Source: Anthoceros angustus (Eukaryota > Plantae > Anthocerotophyta). From it: DNA of 64,000 nucleotides. Positions within the stretch are counted from its first letter, which is position 1. Each line of letters begins with the position of its first letter. A program made the position numbers and the translations under genes. The stretch covers positions 1,550,001 through 1,614,000 of the forward strand of contig MU008170.1 of assembly GCA_010909165.1 (NCBI GenBank). Direction: 5' to 3'. Of this stretch, positions 24,830-37,412 are shown piece by piece. The notes beneath the pieces were generated by a model. The model did no database searches. It was not told the origin of the DNA and saw only the letters and a program-made list of their open reading frames with translations.

Positions 24830-27800
24830 TGGCTGGAGTGATCAATGATGAAGAACAAACTGCTCCTAATTCCCCATTGGGTAATGATAATGCTAACACT
24901 TCATTGCATTATCATTATGGTGATGTTTCAAAGAGAAAGATAGATTCAATGGAAGGGATTATGACATCGGTCATTGAGAATGCGAGGAGCTTTGCGGCAA
25001 AGAGACCTTTGGGGCATCGTCGATGGATCAATTCCCACACGCCCGATTTGAACGTGAACTTCAACCTTCCGGGACGCTGTGACAGAAGGCACAAGATTTA
25101 TTGGTCGGACTTTCTCAACATATGGTGAGACATGTCGCACACGCAAAGACCTCCAAGGATATGTGGACTCACCTTGCTCAATTATATTCATCTCGAGATG
25201 TAATGAGTATTGTTGCACTTCACGTAACTTCCGCAACCTCTCAATGAAGGAGTCCGACACCATCGAACATCATGTTAATGCATTTCGATTGGCACGATCC
25301 CATTTGGAATCTTCAATGGCGTACCTATCTCGAGATGGAGGCTTACGTCATTCTCTTATCTTCATTGCCACCTTCTTATAGGGCTTTCATTACAACTCAA
25401 AATGCGAATTAATGTCGAAAAGCTGCAGATGAAGATCCAAATGAAGAGCCGACATCGTGTTTCCGAACTTATTGGAGCATTGCTACAGGAGGAGGCAAGC
25501 GACGTCATCATCACTCCAGCCAACAAGCAGTGATGTATTCACAAAGGGGTAGAGGAAGAGGACGAGGCGAGGCCGAGGTTCTACTTTCCAGACCCCATAT
25601 CCTGCATATACTTTCCATGATGGAGAGGCATCTTCTTCAACACCGCAAGAGGTAACAAGAAGATCGGGATTATATGTAATTGGTGCGTAATCCCAAATCA
25701 CATGGAAAAGGATTGTCGTAAGAAGAAGAATGGGAACCTCAAGGAGGCCCCACCGAGCTAACATTGCTAAGAAACAATCTTCCTCAACTCCAGGTGCTCA
25801 TCGTGTGCTTGGCTTCTTCCAAGCCCTCCAATACCTCATGGTACTTAGAGTGGAGCTACTTCACATATTTGTTACAGAAACTCTTTTGAGTCTTACTCAC
25901 CACCCAGGACATCACCGTCTCCTCGAGATGATCACAACCTACCCATTGCGGTGTTGGTTCTTGTATTCAAGTGTGATTCGTGTCGTTCTTCATCTTCATC
26001 ACGTCCTCCATGTTCCTTCAATGTGCAAGAATCTAGTATCACCGCAAGTCTTTGTCAAGAACACACTCAGTGATCCTTTATGCATAGTTGTCTTCTCTCT
26101 TCATAAGTGATAGAAACTATACAATGCACAGGCACTTTAGATGATGGTCTCTATAGATTGTCGACAAGTGGGAGCCACCCATTCGCTAATGTTGCCATTC
26201 CAAACCCAAATGACACCTACCCAAACCATGCTTTGGCATTGTCGCCTTGGTCATCCTAATAGTCAAAAATTAATCCAAATGTCTAAGGGAGCTTTATATA
26301 GAACCCTTGCCTTGCAAAGGTTGAACACCTACCTTGGTGCGAATCTTGTGTCCTCACTAAACGACATCAAGAGCCTTTCAAAATAAATCTCCACAAAGGG
26401 CCAAGTCACCTTTAGAGATAGTGCATGCATTTGTGGACCCTTGTCTACACCCTCCTTTAGTGGTAGTAGATATTTTTGACCTTCATGATGATTTCTCTCG
26501 CTTTGTCTTTTCCTACATCCCGAAAAACAAGAGTGATGCCTTTCACTTCTTCAAGGACTACATGAAATGGGTGAGAGACTTACGGATCACAAACTCAAGA
26601 CCTTACGTTAACAATGGTGGAGAGTTTACATCTCGAATTTGAGGATTTTGTCGAGTGAAGGTATAGCTCAACAACTTACAGTTGTCTACACTCCTCAACA
26701 AAATGGCGTAGCCGAGAACAAGAATCTACGCCTTCAAGAGATCACAGGTTGCTTATTGGTACAAGCTAAGTTATCTAAGGCTTATTGGGCAGAGGCCCTC
26801 CTCACAGCAACCTATCTCATGAATCGATTGCCTACATCAGCAGTTCAAGGTATGACTCCATATGAAGCATTCATTGGCAAGAAGCCTTCTATTGACCACC
26901 TTCGAATTTTTGGATCCCTGGCATATGTTTTTATTCCCAAAGCATTGCGTAAGAAGTTGGATCCCAAAGCTAAGTACACTTTCATTGGCTACACAAGGTA
27001 TCAAAGGTACAAATTGTTCAACCCTTCTACAAGGCAACTTTTATACCGAGTGTTACTTTTCATGAGTCTTACCTCTTTTCCCCAGTGGGAGCGATAGGCT
27101 TGGTCCTCCTCTTGATGAGACCATTGACCCTTCTTATTTTGATGATCTGATTATTTCACTCCATTTCCCATTCTCGCTTCTGTTCCTTTAGTTGAACCTA
27201 TTATGCGGAGGAGGAGGAGTTAGCATCTATTCCACAACCGGTACAACTCAACAACTCGATGTTGACATCCCAGAGGCGCCATTGACACTCATGATGATGA
27301 GTTTGATGACCCTCGGAGGATGACGAGCCAGCAGATCCTCGTTGATCCCGCCTCCTGGATGATGCACTGCACAAAGGTACAACCTTAGATCCCGACCTAC
27401 TATCTCGTCCTGCAGTTGGAAGGAACCTCCTTTAGGATACCTAGCTGTTTTGATGATCCTATACCCCTATATCACTTTATTCTCAAGCTGTCTACAAGGC
27501 AACTATAGACCCGGAAGAACCTCTTACCTTAAAACAAGCTTTCTCTTCTCCGAAAAGACTTATGGAAGGTAGTCAGAGATTAATATAATTCCCTAGTTAA
27601 TAACTCTACATGGGAATTGGTCAAACCACCTAGGGGTAGGAAGATAGTAACCAGCAAATGGGTATTCAAAATTAAAAGAAAAGGAGATGGTTCTATAGAA
27701 AGGTATAAGGCACGCCTAGTAGCGAGGTTTACACAAATTCTGGTCTAGATTACATACCTTGGGCCACTTATGCCCCAAGAGCCAAATTTGCCACACTTGA

Positions 27801-29030
27801 ATGATATTTGCCTTATGTGCCCAACATGATCTTGAACTCCACATGATGGATGTTAAGACAAAGATATTTGTATACCGCAAGAGGAAATATACATGAGACA
27901 ACCCGAGGGTTACAAGTTAAGGCAAGAAGATTGGGTATGCCGACTCATCAAAGGTTTGTATGGCCTTAAGCAAGCAAGAATTGGAATTAACCATACATGT
28001 ACAACTTATTGGGAGAGGATTTAAGCAAAGCCGGTGATGCTTGTATGTACATCCTAATATCCGCAATGATATATTTTATCTTCTACTTTATGTTGATGAT
28101 GTTTTTATGGCAACAAACTCCCTTACTCTCCTAGCCGAAACTAAAGCATGGCTTAGGACTCTATTTGAGATGTCCGATCTAGGAGAAATGACATATGCAC
28201 TTGGTGTTAATATTATACGAAATAGAGGTAATAAGACTCTAAGTATAGTTCAAACCAAGTATATTAAGGAGAGTTTAGCTAAATTTGGACTTGAGGATGC
28301 AAAGCTGCACCCACCTTTTGCAAGTGGTGTTAGGCTTACCTCGATATGAGTCCCAAAACAGTGAAGAAAAGCTAGAAATGTCGAGTTCCATACCGATCTT
28401 GTTGGCACTCTAATATATTTATGCAATTTTACGAGACCGGATATATCTTTTGAAGTCGGCCTCGCTCACAATTCTTGGAGAACCTCGGACGTGAGCCTTT
28501 GGATGTCTGTTAGCGTATATTCGGTACCTTAAAGGCACTATGTACATGGATCGATGTTCAAGCACACATCAACATTAACTCTAAGATAGGCCGATGCGAT
28601 GTCTTTGATACAAGAAAATCAGATCGGTATGTATCGCTTGGAGGAGCACCAATATCATGGTCAAGTAAGAAACAACCTACTATAGCTTTGTCTAGCACCG
28701 AGTCGAGTGAGTCTAACCCTCGGTTCTAAAGACATAGTGTGGTCCAGGTTAGTTTTGAGTGAACTTCATCATCCTCAACTTAAGCCTACATCTTTGTTTA
28801 GTGATAGCCGGTGCCATTGCACTTGAAACTGCTTTTCATTCTAGAACTAAACATATAGCTGTTGAGTATCACTACATAAGGGAAAAGTTAGAAGATCAAC
28901 CATAAATATTAGTTATGTTCAAACTTTAGACAATGCTGATTTATTGACAAAGTCATTAGGAATTGAACTTCACAAAAAACACATGAAATGTTTAGGTATC
29001 CTGGACATCCAGTCCAAACCTTCTACCTAA
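24830..29030 (+). pseudogene. Copia gag-pol (frameshifted as assembled)
   Basis: CCHC knuckle CNWCVIPNHMEKDC (~25676); protease WYL(D)SGATSHI (~25839); LWHCRLGH (~26233); integrase TPQQNGVAE and YWAEALLTATYLMNRLP; RT KWVFKIK...RYKARLVA, LYGLKQA, LLLYVDD; RNase H SWSSKKQPTIALSSTE and TKHIAVEYHYIREK. Confidence 0.92.
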
Positions 29031-29100
29031 AGTTCATCCTAGCAGCTAATGGGCCTATTTAAAATAACCTCAAAATTTTAGCCCATATTGTTTTTATTTT

Positions 29101-30400
29101 TCACAAACTTATTTCTTCCTCCTCTATCTCAAAGAAGCAAATATTGTCTTTTCCTTGTTTCTCATAGACGGTCCATAAACATCCTGATTTATATTGGAGT
29201 AATAATTAATGCCAGTTTTTGTATGCATTAAATCAACCATATATGTTTTTCCTAACACCAATCACACTTACGGAAAACATGAGTAGTGTGCCCTGGAAAA
29301 TCCAAACTATAGGCACATTTGGTTTTGATCATATGGATTCCCGTCACTTCACAAACATATGAGTATGGGACATTCACCTTGCTAGGGCCTCCTTTTGTCA
29401 ATACAACTACAGCTTTATCATAATCACCTAATGGGAGATATTCAGGATCGTAAAAGCCTATACTCTTCACTTCATTAGGCTGACCAGGATAGTTGTAGTC
29501 TTCTGCACCCAGGACACACAAGGATCAGCAACAAGGTTAGAACAATAAGCCACAAATTGAAAAGGAAACAAAACTAGAAACTCGAAATTAGGAATCAGCA
29601 TATACCTTTTTCATTCTCATTTTCTTTTTCCTTTCCTTTTTCTTTCAGTTTCTCCTTTCCATCCTTCTTCCCCCTTTTCTTCTCTCCTTCATCCTCCACT
29701 GCACCCGCACCTGTACAGGCCACCAACACCAAAGGAAGGGGATGGTCAGACACTTCAAAGTGGCCATCCCCCTCACCACAACAGCCTCCATTAGCCCCGC
29801 TGAGCCAGGGGCCGCGCTACCAGGGGAAGGCCCCCTGTGAGGCGCGCGCATAGGGAGGCCCCATGATACCTGCAATGCAGGCATTTTTTCTTTCCTAGGC
29901 CTTTCTTCACACATTGGAAGTGGGGGCCCTCTCCTAACAATTTCGCAGATGAGGACACAAGACACTGCAGCAACACCACAACGCCGATTATACCAGAGCA
30001 AGAGATTGGAGATCATCGTCAAGTTCAAGTTGTCGAGCCTTCTTCTTCCGAGGACTCCAAGATGATATAGGTCTTCTCCTCGGATTTCGGTGTTTGAGAG
30101 CTGTGTGTCGGGAGATGTGGAGCAAGTTTTGATGAGGCGGGAGAAGGAAGATTGGAGAAAGATGCCCAGAATCTCCCATGGGCATCCCTCTCCTGCAGGA
30201 CGCCCTCACGGATTGAGGGAGGCGCGGGCGCAGACGGCGCGCGGCGCCGCGCCGCGCCGCTTCTCCGCGCGCCGCGCCGCCCCAGAGGGCGCGGGCGGAG
30301 TGCCGCCATCGCCACTGCAGCTTTGATGAGGGAAGGAGGTAGGAGCGGGAAGGCATGTCGAATTAAATCGACCCGATATGGGCATATGATGCCCATGGAT
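29101..30400 (-). CDS. Spliced antisense extra gene inside the copia element, function unknown
   Basis: Exon 1 (?-29606; K/E-rich EKLKEKGKEKENENEK, upstream CVKKGLGKKKCLHCRYHGASLC), GT-AG intron 29605-29503, 231-nt exon 2 (EDYNYPGQPNEVKSIG...HTTHVF), intron 29271-29184 (GTAAGT...CAG), exon 3 RCLWTVYENKEKDNICFFEIEEEEISL-stop. Phases are consistent (1-1). The 5' part is frameshifted and the start is uncertain. Confidence 0.6.
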
Positions 30401-31297
30401 GGTTAATAACCATCCATTTACTGATTTATAAATAGTTATTTTCCTTTTATAAATTGCTATTTTCCTTTTAGGCTCAATTATGAATATGCTTAATTTCCAA
30501 CTTAAGTTCCTTTTACTTAATGCTTTTAAGCTCACTTGACTTTAGAACTAGTTTTCGTTCTAGGCATATTTTGACTTATTTTGAAGCTAGAGTAATTCTC
30601 ATCATCACACCCTAGTTCATAGTGAGTGGGAGTGATGAAATAGGTCACTATTAGGGCACTCTTCACTAGGGCACCTAGAACTTAATGATTTATTTATTTG
30701 GATAGGGCATTAAGTAGTTTAGGTAGTTTTCTTTAGTTGGTTACTTAAGTGGTTATTTGTTACAACCACTAGGTGGTTATAACCACTTCTAGCCTTCTAT
30801 ATAAGGCATGTAATTTCTATCAAATGTAATGCAACACATATTGCTAGAGCTTGTGTATGATTCTCATCAAGGTAAGATATTGAATCAAGGTTCCTCTTCA
30901 ACGATAGGTCAGAGCTCTAGTAGCCCATGTTGCTGAGCTTTTTCTATGCTACTTGTCAATCACACTAATCACTGCTTCTTTTGAGCAGCTGTAGCCACTT
31001 TTATCTCCTTCAGCGTCACAAATACACGCTTGCTAAACAACGAGGCATTCGCAGATCCAAATGGGAACAAGGTATCAGCAGGTAACCTAGCAAACCTCTG
31101 CTTTAAAGTCAAATATTGGCCAGGCCTCTTTATAGCAAGGGACGACGAGCCTTTCATAGCTAACCAAAACACTTGTTTGTTTGAAAACAAAGGGATATGG
31201 GTTCGGCAGCGTGTGTAGTACCCGGGGGGTGCAACAAGTCGTCTTGCACAATGCAATGTTCAGAAGATAAGAGCAAACTGCTTGCTACTATAAATAT

Positions 31298-31805
31298 GTC
31301 CCGCCGGGGGTGCCAAAAATGTTAGATGTCGATTTACACTGGGGTAACAACACTGATAGGAACGGCAAATGTATCAGGCATTCTCATTCAAGCATTCTCA
31401 GGTTGGCAACGGAAGAGGATACGGCCGTAGTGTTTGTTGTGCCTAGTAAGAATACACATTTGAGCCTGGCTATCTACGCCGAAAATAAAGAATACACACT
31501 TGAATCTAGCTATCTACGCCCAACTGGCTACTACCTTTGACTCAAACATGAAACATTTACTTCATTGTGCGCTGCAAGCCTTGTGTTGAGAGAGTTGTGG
31601 AGAGCCTAGTTAGTGAGCAAAACTTTTACTCTAGCCCTCATATATCCCGCAGGCTTGCATTAACTAGGCAGCTACTAACTCCAAGGATTCTTGCAGACCA
31701 CTGATTACTAAGAGTCTTCTATAGGCAGCCTTTCATTAGTGGTTGCAGCAATTTCTCTCTAATAGAAAATTGTATGAAGCATATAACATATGTACCTTCT
31801 TAACA
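31298..31805 (-). mobile_element. 5' LTR (~31320-31805) and PBS (31298-31315) of the host gypsy element (non-chromovirus OTA-like)
   Basis: The minus strand reads ...tctaaca-tttt-TGGCACCCCCGGCGGGAC, a non-Met (Arg-like TGGCAC...) PBS. The segment is bounded by tgttag...ttaaca. No 3' LTR was found. Confidence 0.65.
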
Positions 31806-32980
31806 GGGCAACTACTAATTAGTCTTTTACCTCCTTTATTTTTTACCTTTCTACTATATTTTACGAGTACTATTACTCTATATAGTTGTACTATTTACTA
31901 CAATTGGAGTTTGAAATAAATATGCATTAAATCCATAATATTTATGTAGATTTCAAAGTTGTTTGAAGTTTTTTATGGTAGAGCCGCTTTCCATGTATGC
32001 AACACAAATTTTTGAGCATGGTTCAGAGCATTTTCCATGTACCAAAAGAAATGTACACATGGCTTAATTTTTTCATGTTTGAATGATACTCACTGACCAA
32101 ACATGAAAAATCTCGGTTAAGTACTATTACATATGGCTTAGATGTCGATTGGTTACAAGTGATGGGCACAATGGTTGAGGACACTGCCAACACTTATTTG
32201 ACTTCCAAGTTTGGCCACCAAATTGGGAAAGAAGGGGAGGGAGGCCCAAAACGCAGTGGGAAATTTGCTGTGCCACCAAAATTAGAACTGCACATTTTTA
32301 ACAAATTGCAATTGGTATTTGTATTGGCTGGAAGGAAAGTAGCTCTTACTAGTATTCCAATTGGGAGAAGTTTTCATGGTGGCTCCATAAAAGTTCATAA
32401 GTAAAAGTTGCCTAATTGGGAAAAGCACATGATACATAAAGAGAATAAGCGGAAGCATATTACACTCATATTCCTCTTTGTAGTAACAACTATAAAGGGT
32501 TGGTTATAGAGGGGTTTAATTTTTTCTCAAGGTTTTTTTCCAATTCTTTACACTTTGGGGCAACAAAGTTTTGTCAATTTTCTGCATGTATGCAGGAGTT
32601 AGATGAATTGATCGAGCGTTATTTACTTTAGGGCTAAGATATCATTGCGAGTCTAAAGAGGGTATGGAGCTTAGAGAAAATTTTGATTATGAGATTTTGT
32701 TTTTCTTAAAGTTTGTAGAATATAGTAGGCGGAAAAGGAGTGAATAGCTAAAATCTTTTGCACCTATTTTATTCAAGTAATTTAAGAGAAGTAAAGAATA
32801 GTCTCTTGAGGAGCTAAGTTTCGAGTCATCACGAGATGTACATACGGTAAATTATTTAGACACCTGGAATTGTGTCACAAGTGGAAGTTCTATATAATCG
32901 TGGCACTTAAAACAATTGAGATTTCTGATCATAATTTCATATTATCATATAACTTTTGTGGCCTCTATTTTAGGCCGTAC

Positions 32981-33380
32981 AATGGCAAAAGTAAATAAAA
33001 CTAAAATATCGCTACAACAACACATACGAGAGCTCCCTCTTCATCTTAGAGAGAGAATATTTTTTCTCACTACAAACACTATGATGAATTGTTTTTTTTA
33101 TGAGGAAAAATCAAAAACCATTCATTTTGGAGCTTGGGAGAGTATACCAAACAAGGTCAACACTTCTTTTTGGATTGCAATGCTCTGCGACATGGATCAA
33201 GCAGTACAGAAGATTATTATATACATAAAACACCCAGGACATAGTACAGATCCGTCACACAATTGGCATCTTATGTCGCAAAACATATTAAGTTCGGTGT
33301 TAAAAGGTTTAAAGTCAAACGATATCTCTCAATCCATTCCAATTGATATTGATAAGGACACGCCATATCTTTTAGCATAG
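32981..33380 (+). CDS. AT-rich orphan ORF (132 aa), weak F-box-like N-terminus
   Basis: Open frame from ATG 32981 in very AT-rich DNA. IRELPLHLRERIFF resembles L..LP.EL...IF. No other support. Confidence 0.25.
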
Positions 33381-35944
33381 TTTAGAATAATGAGAAAGTT
33401 TAGAATTATGAGAGTACTTAAGAAACTATCAGGTTTTGCCCAAAGCGTTAGCAATATAGATATTAGTAATTGATGTTCCTTTAAGCTCGTTCAAATGATA
33501 AAAGCATAGTAACCCTTGCTACACAAATAAAATTCTTCTTCTTCTTCTACACAAAACAATGCTTCAAGACGAGGACACAATAATTGTCGCCGTGACTCTT
33601 TGGCTCCGAACTTCAATTAGCTTGCTCTTCGCGATTAGTTTAGGTTTACCCATGGTCAGCAGTCATGAACTTGTATGAGGCAAAATTCGTGTGGTTCATT
33701 TGTGGTTTCGCCCAAAACTTGAGGTGAACCACAGCCCAACCTTGAGTCCGTTCAGGTCCTAATTGCAACCTCAGTATACACCAGGCATGACATTGCTTAC
33801 CAAGGTACTAGTTGCAAACTCAGTATATACCAGGCGCGGCATTGTATGCAGAGGAATTGTTGCAGTTTGCAACTGTAAGAAAATTGATAATATGTATTTT
33901 GATGAACCATTGGTCAATTAGCACAATTGACTAAAATAAAATAATTATCTCACCCTTAGTGAATGATTGTTGTTGTTGTTGTTATAGCGCGTTGTTTAAA
34001 AACAACGATGTCTTAATTATGTGGCCATATCTTTGGTATAGCTAACACTTTTCTGTCCATATTGTCATAGATATAACATTATTTTGTTACTTTGTATGAA
34101 AGAAAACAATAATTATTGAATCCATGACTAGTATATGATTTAATTTTAAAGTATATTATGATCTATGTATGAATGTCTTAGAAAGCGATGAGATTTTGGA
34201 TGTAGCTAGATAATAAGGAAAAACAATGGAGAGAAGTTTTCATTTTTCAAATGACTGCTCTTTTTTCTATGTAAGATTCATTCACTCAATTCATTTTTGG
34301 GCTGCTCGCACAACAATATGTTGCAAGCTATGCCTGCATATGTACTTAGGATATCTGCCAACAAAGTTATCTTTGCACTAAGGAAAGGATAGCTTTTCTG
34401 TAATTGGTCTTCCGGTCATCATTGGTGTAGTTGTACTACCACTAGATAAAGGATATTATTAGAACCCTAAGAGTGTTCTTTTCTTTGTTAACAAAATTCC
34501 TGGGTATTTCTAACATGGGCAAGTGTGCCTCCGCAATCTTTTGGCATATCCTTTCGAAAAACGTACAACAAGATATTATTAAGAATTACCTAGACGTTCC
34601 AGGCTCAGGACCTGCTGGGTCAGCCTGGGATCACACTTATTCCTGACTCCGCACAAGGTAAAGAGCATTAATCTGCTCGAGAGTCGATAGGGATTGCAGA
34701 TTGCGGAGCAGACAATGACCCACATGTTTCACACGGTGTACATGGCTGAACAAAAACGGCCAAATTGCGCTTTCGGAATTTCTGAAAGAGTCGGACACTG
34801 GTGCAGACTGCAGAGCACTTCCATCTTCCATCCCGGCCATCTTCTCATGTGCCGCGGCGGCCCGATGGTCTGTCCATTTGTCTGTCCCGTTCCTTGCAGT
34901 TTCTTGCAGTTGCAGTGCTGTCCACGTGAACCCTCAACGATGTGATCACAGGTCACTCGTCACTCGAGGTTTTGGTTAATGCGTTTGATCACAGTCCACT
35001 GGAGGGAGGTCTTGCCTAGGTTTTCACCTCCAGACTCCAGAACGGAGGTGACATTGATTGAAACGCCAGCTGGTTTGCACAGGAGAGCGGGCCGTGGCGC
35101 CTGCAGGTGGTGAGCATCCACCTCAACGGCTCTGTGTAAACGACACACGGCATCTCGTGTCCCCACATGACCACATGACCCGGATACCGGAGGAGGAGTT
35201 GCTTTTACCTGCTAAGAAGTTAGCCGAGTTAGTTTCGTTAACTTACTGTTCTTTTAGTTATTCAACGTTGGATGCCGATCATACGGCAGAGGGAGCAGGT
35301 TTGGACGTTGGAGCATGTGGGAAAATGAGGCGGGATTAGATGGAGGTGGCGAGCACGAAGAAAGGAGGGACGTTTCCGGGAAGCCAAGTGGAGATGAGCT
35401 TGGATTTGGCCCTCCTTTCGATGGCAGTCAAGAATTGTCCTGGTATCGGAAGCACCTGGGGGATTGACGGCGTCGTGCTAAGCCTTGCTGGAACATTGCA
35501 ATGCTGTGCTGGAGACGTCTATTTATATCTCGCAGCGGGTTGCCTCCGCGAGCTATTTTTGAAGTTTTGTGACTCCATATGTATCAAGCACCTGTTGCAT
35601 GTCCACTGTCGCGGTGGCTGATGGAGGGGATCGACAGGCGGGGACAATTGACGATTTCTTCCCTTGTCGTGGATGAATAAGAAGTTGCTTCAACTTGAAG
35701 TTGCCTCTGCTCCGGATGATGTGTGATATTCTTGTCATTCTCCAGATTCCGGACTGGTCCTTGTTTGAGGTGGAGAAATCAAGATCGGAACGAGAGCGGT
35801 GCTTTCTTGCTCAACGCATGATATGAGTCCGATCTCTGTGTCCTTGGAGGAAATTGTTGGATTGTATGAGTATGATCTGGTAGCTGCATCGTGCACACTC
35901 CAGTGTTGGACTAGGGCGTGGTGACGCTTAGCAGTTACACAGAG

Positions 35945-36973
35945 ATGGCTGCCGCCGTACGCGTGCACCGGCCAGTGTGGAGTGTTGGCGATTTCTTCCC
36001 GCCCCAGCCGTTGGACATCCCTGAGTCTCCGCTTCCAGCTGCCATTGCGCACCGTCTTTGGGGAGATGAGTGCGAGACCTGCGGCTTCTCGGCTCCCTCT
36101 CCTGTGGCCGTCCCCGCAGAGGCTCATCTTGACGCTTCCAATGCGGATCACACGCTTCTGGCAGCGCAGCGGCTTGTCCAGGGTGGCCTCGTCATTGCAA
36201 CCATAAATGGCTACGTTGTGTGCCTGGCGGATGCGGACCGGCCAGATCTGCTACCAGTGCTTGCCAGCATTTCGGGAAGGTACAGTTCTTGCAATTTCTG
36301 TGCGCTGGAAAGCACAAATTGTGTCTTCCAAATTGTCTGACGGTGCTTCTGTCGTCGTCCTCGTGCAGGCCTCAAGAGGAAGCAACCCTGTTGTGTGCTC
36401 CAGAATGGGTATCCGAGCATGTCGATATGGAGGCACTTGCCAAGTCCCACAGCTACGCAAACATCATGAAGTTCAACCAGGATATGACCAGTCTGAATCC
36501 CGTGTTGCTTGGCCTCAAACTTCCGGCCAACGCTGAGTCCGGGGCTCCACAGCACTTGGTACACGACGGAGTTATCGTCACCATGTGGACTGAGCATAAG
36601 GCCATCAGGTGAGCAGCTACTGCCAGTGCTGATATATGCTGCCCGCCAGTACTTGTGCCCTCCACCTGCATTTCCAGCTCTGCAGGCTAACACACGTTCC
36701 CGGATTTGGTCCAGAGATATTTTCACCCACGTCCGGTACTGCGGAGAACGTGCTCTCATGGCAGTCGCGGTTTCCTCCTCTGACTTCCAGGACTCTCTGC
36801 CGAGTCACGGGATTCGGCTCACCTTCCTTCACGACTCGCTGCCTCACTCCTCCCCACACAAGGCCACTCTTCTGGACTTCACTGGAGAGCACCCAATTCT
36901 TACAAGCCAGGGTGCCGCCTCTGTCGACGAAATCCAGCAGCACCTGCTAAGATGGAACTTGGGAAGCGTGTGA
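35945..36973 (+). CDS. Divergent YrdC/Sua5-fold protein (spliced)
   Basis: LLAAQRLVQGGLVIATINGYVVCLADADRPDLLPVLASISGR|PQEE matches AA..L..GGLV......Y.L.ADA......I...KGRP. C-terminal KATLLDFTGEHPILTSQGAASVDEI matches STIVD.T...P.ILR.GA.S.EEI. GT-AG introns at 36280-36368 and 36609-36685. The frame link within the last exon is unresolved. Confidence 0.55.
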
Positions 36974-37412
36974 GGAGCAGCAGAGCAAGAAGATGGAAAA
37001 CCCACTGAGGTCAGCCTTCACCGTCACGTAGACCACCCATAGTGTGAGGCTGTGTAAACATCAAGACGATCAAACGGACAGAGAAAAGCATAAACTGAGA
37101 CACACAGGATTGGGATGTGTGTGTGTCAAAAAATTCCAAACACATTGTGCTTGTTGCTTGTGTGTGAAAAAGCGGCGTGCCGAATCTCAAACTCCCAAAA
37201 ATACGGAGACGTAGCATCCAGGGCTTTCTTTGCTCTGCTGAGAGAATCTGGATCGAGGGAATCGTCAGTCAGCCATTGTGTGGATAACTTTAGCTCATAA
37301 AAGTTTGATTGGGTGTTCTAGTAGCATCCGCCATCTCTCTGGCCCAAGAGAGTGAGCTTCACAGATTGCATCCAGGCCAGGAACTAGGAAGGAAGGTCTT
37401 GGAGACAAGATC

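Larger units (their letters stand above)
23813..30869 (+). mobile_element. Full-length, very young Ty1/copia LTR retrotransposon
   Basis: LTRs 23813-24049 and 30633-30869 (237 bp, TG...CA, 1 mismatch). 5-bp TSD AGGTA at 23808-23812 and 30870-30874. PBS tggtatc(a)gagc at 24050-24060. PPT agtgagtgggag precedes the 3' LTR. Integrase lies before RT. Confidence 0.97.
22300..31297 (-). pseudogene. Ty3/gypsy gag, split by the copia insertion (pieces 22300-23812 and 30870-31297)
   Basis: Retrotrans_gag EVWFQTLEDSLCLDWNALCSAFLAKFRSESFHKDYKDQLDYLYQ and a perfect CCHC knuckle CRKCGAIEHTTGYC (~23030-23075). Reading continues across the empty site (FNILP|..YGSPNED..EHL). Confidence 0.8.

Noticed and set aside
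33760-33850. Two ~33-bp direct repeats (ttgcaa.ctcagtata.accaggc...cattg) 50 bp apart
   Set aside because: Only two copies and no supporting structure; probably a small TE remnant.
34600-35900. Possible gene from several protein-like short ORFs on both strands
   Set aside because: I could not build a consistent exon chain or recognise any motif.
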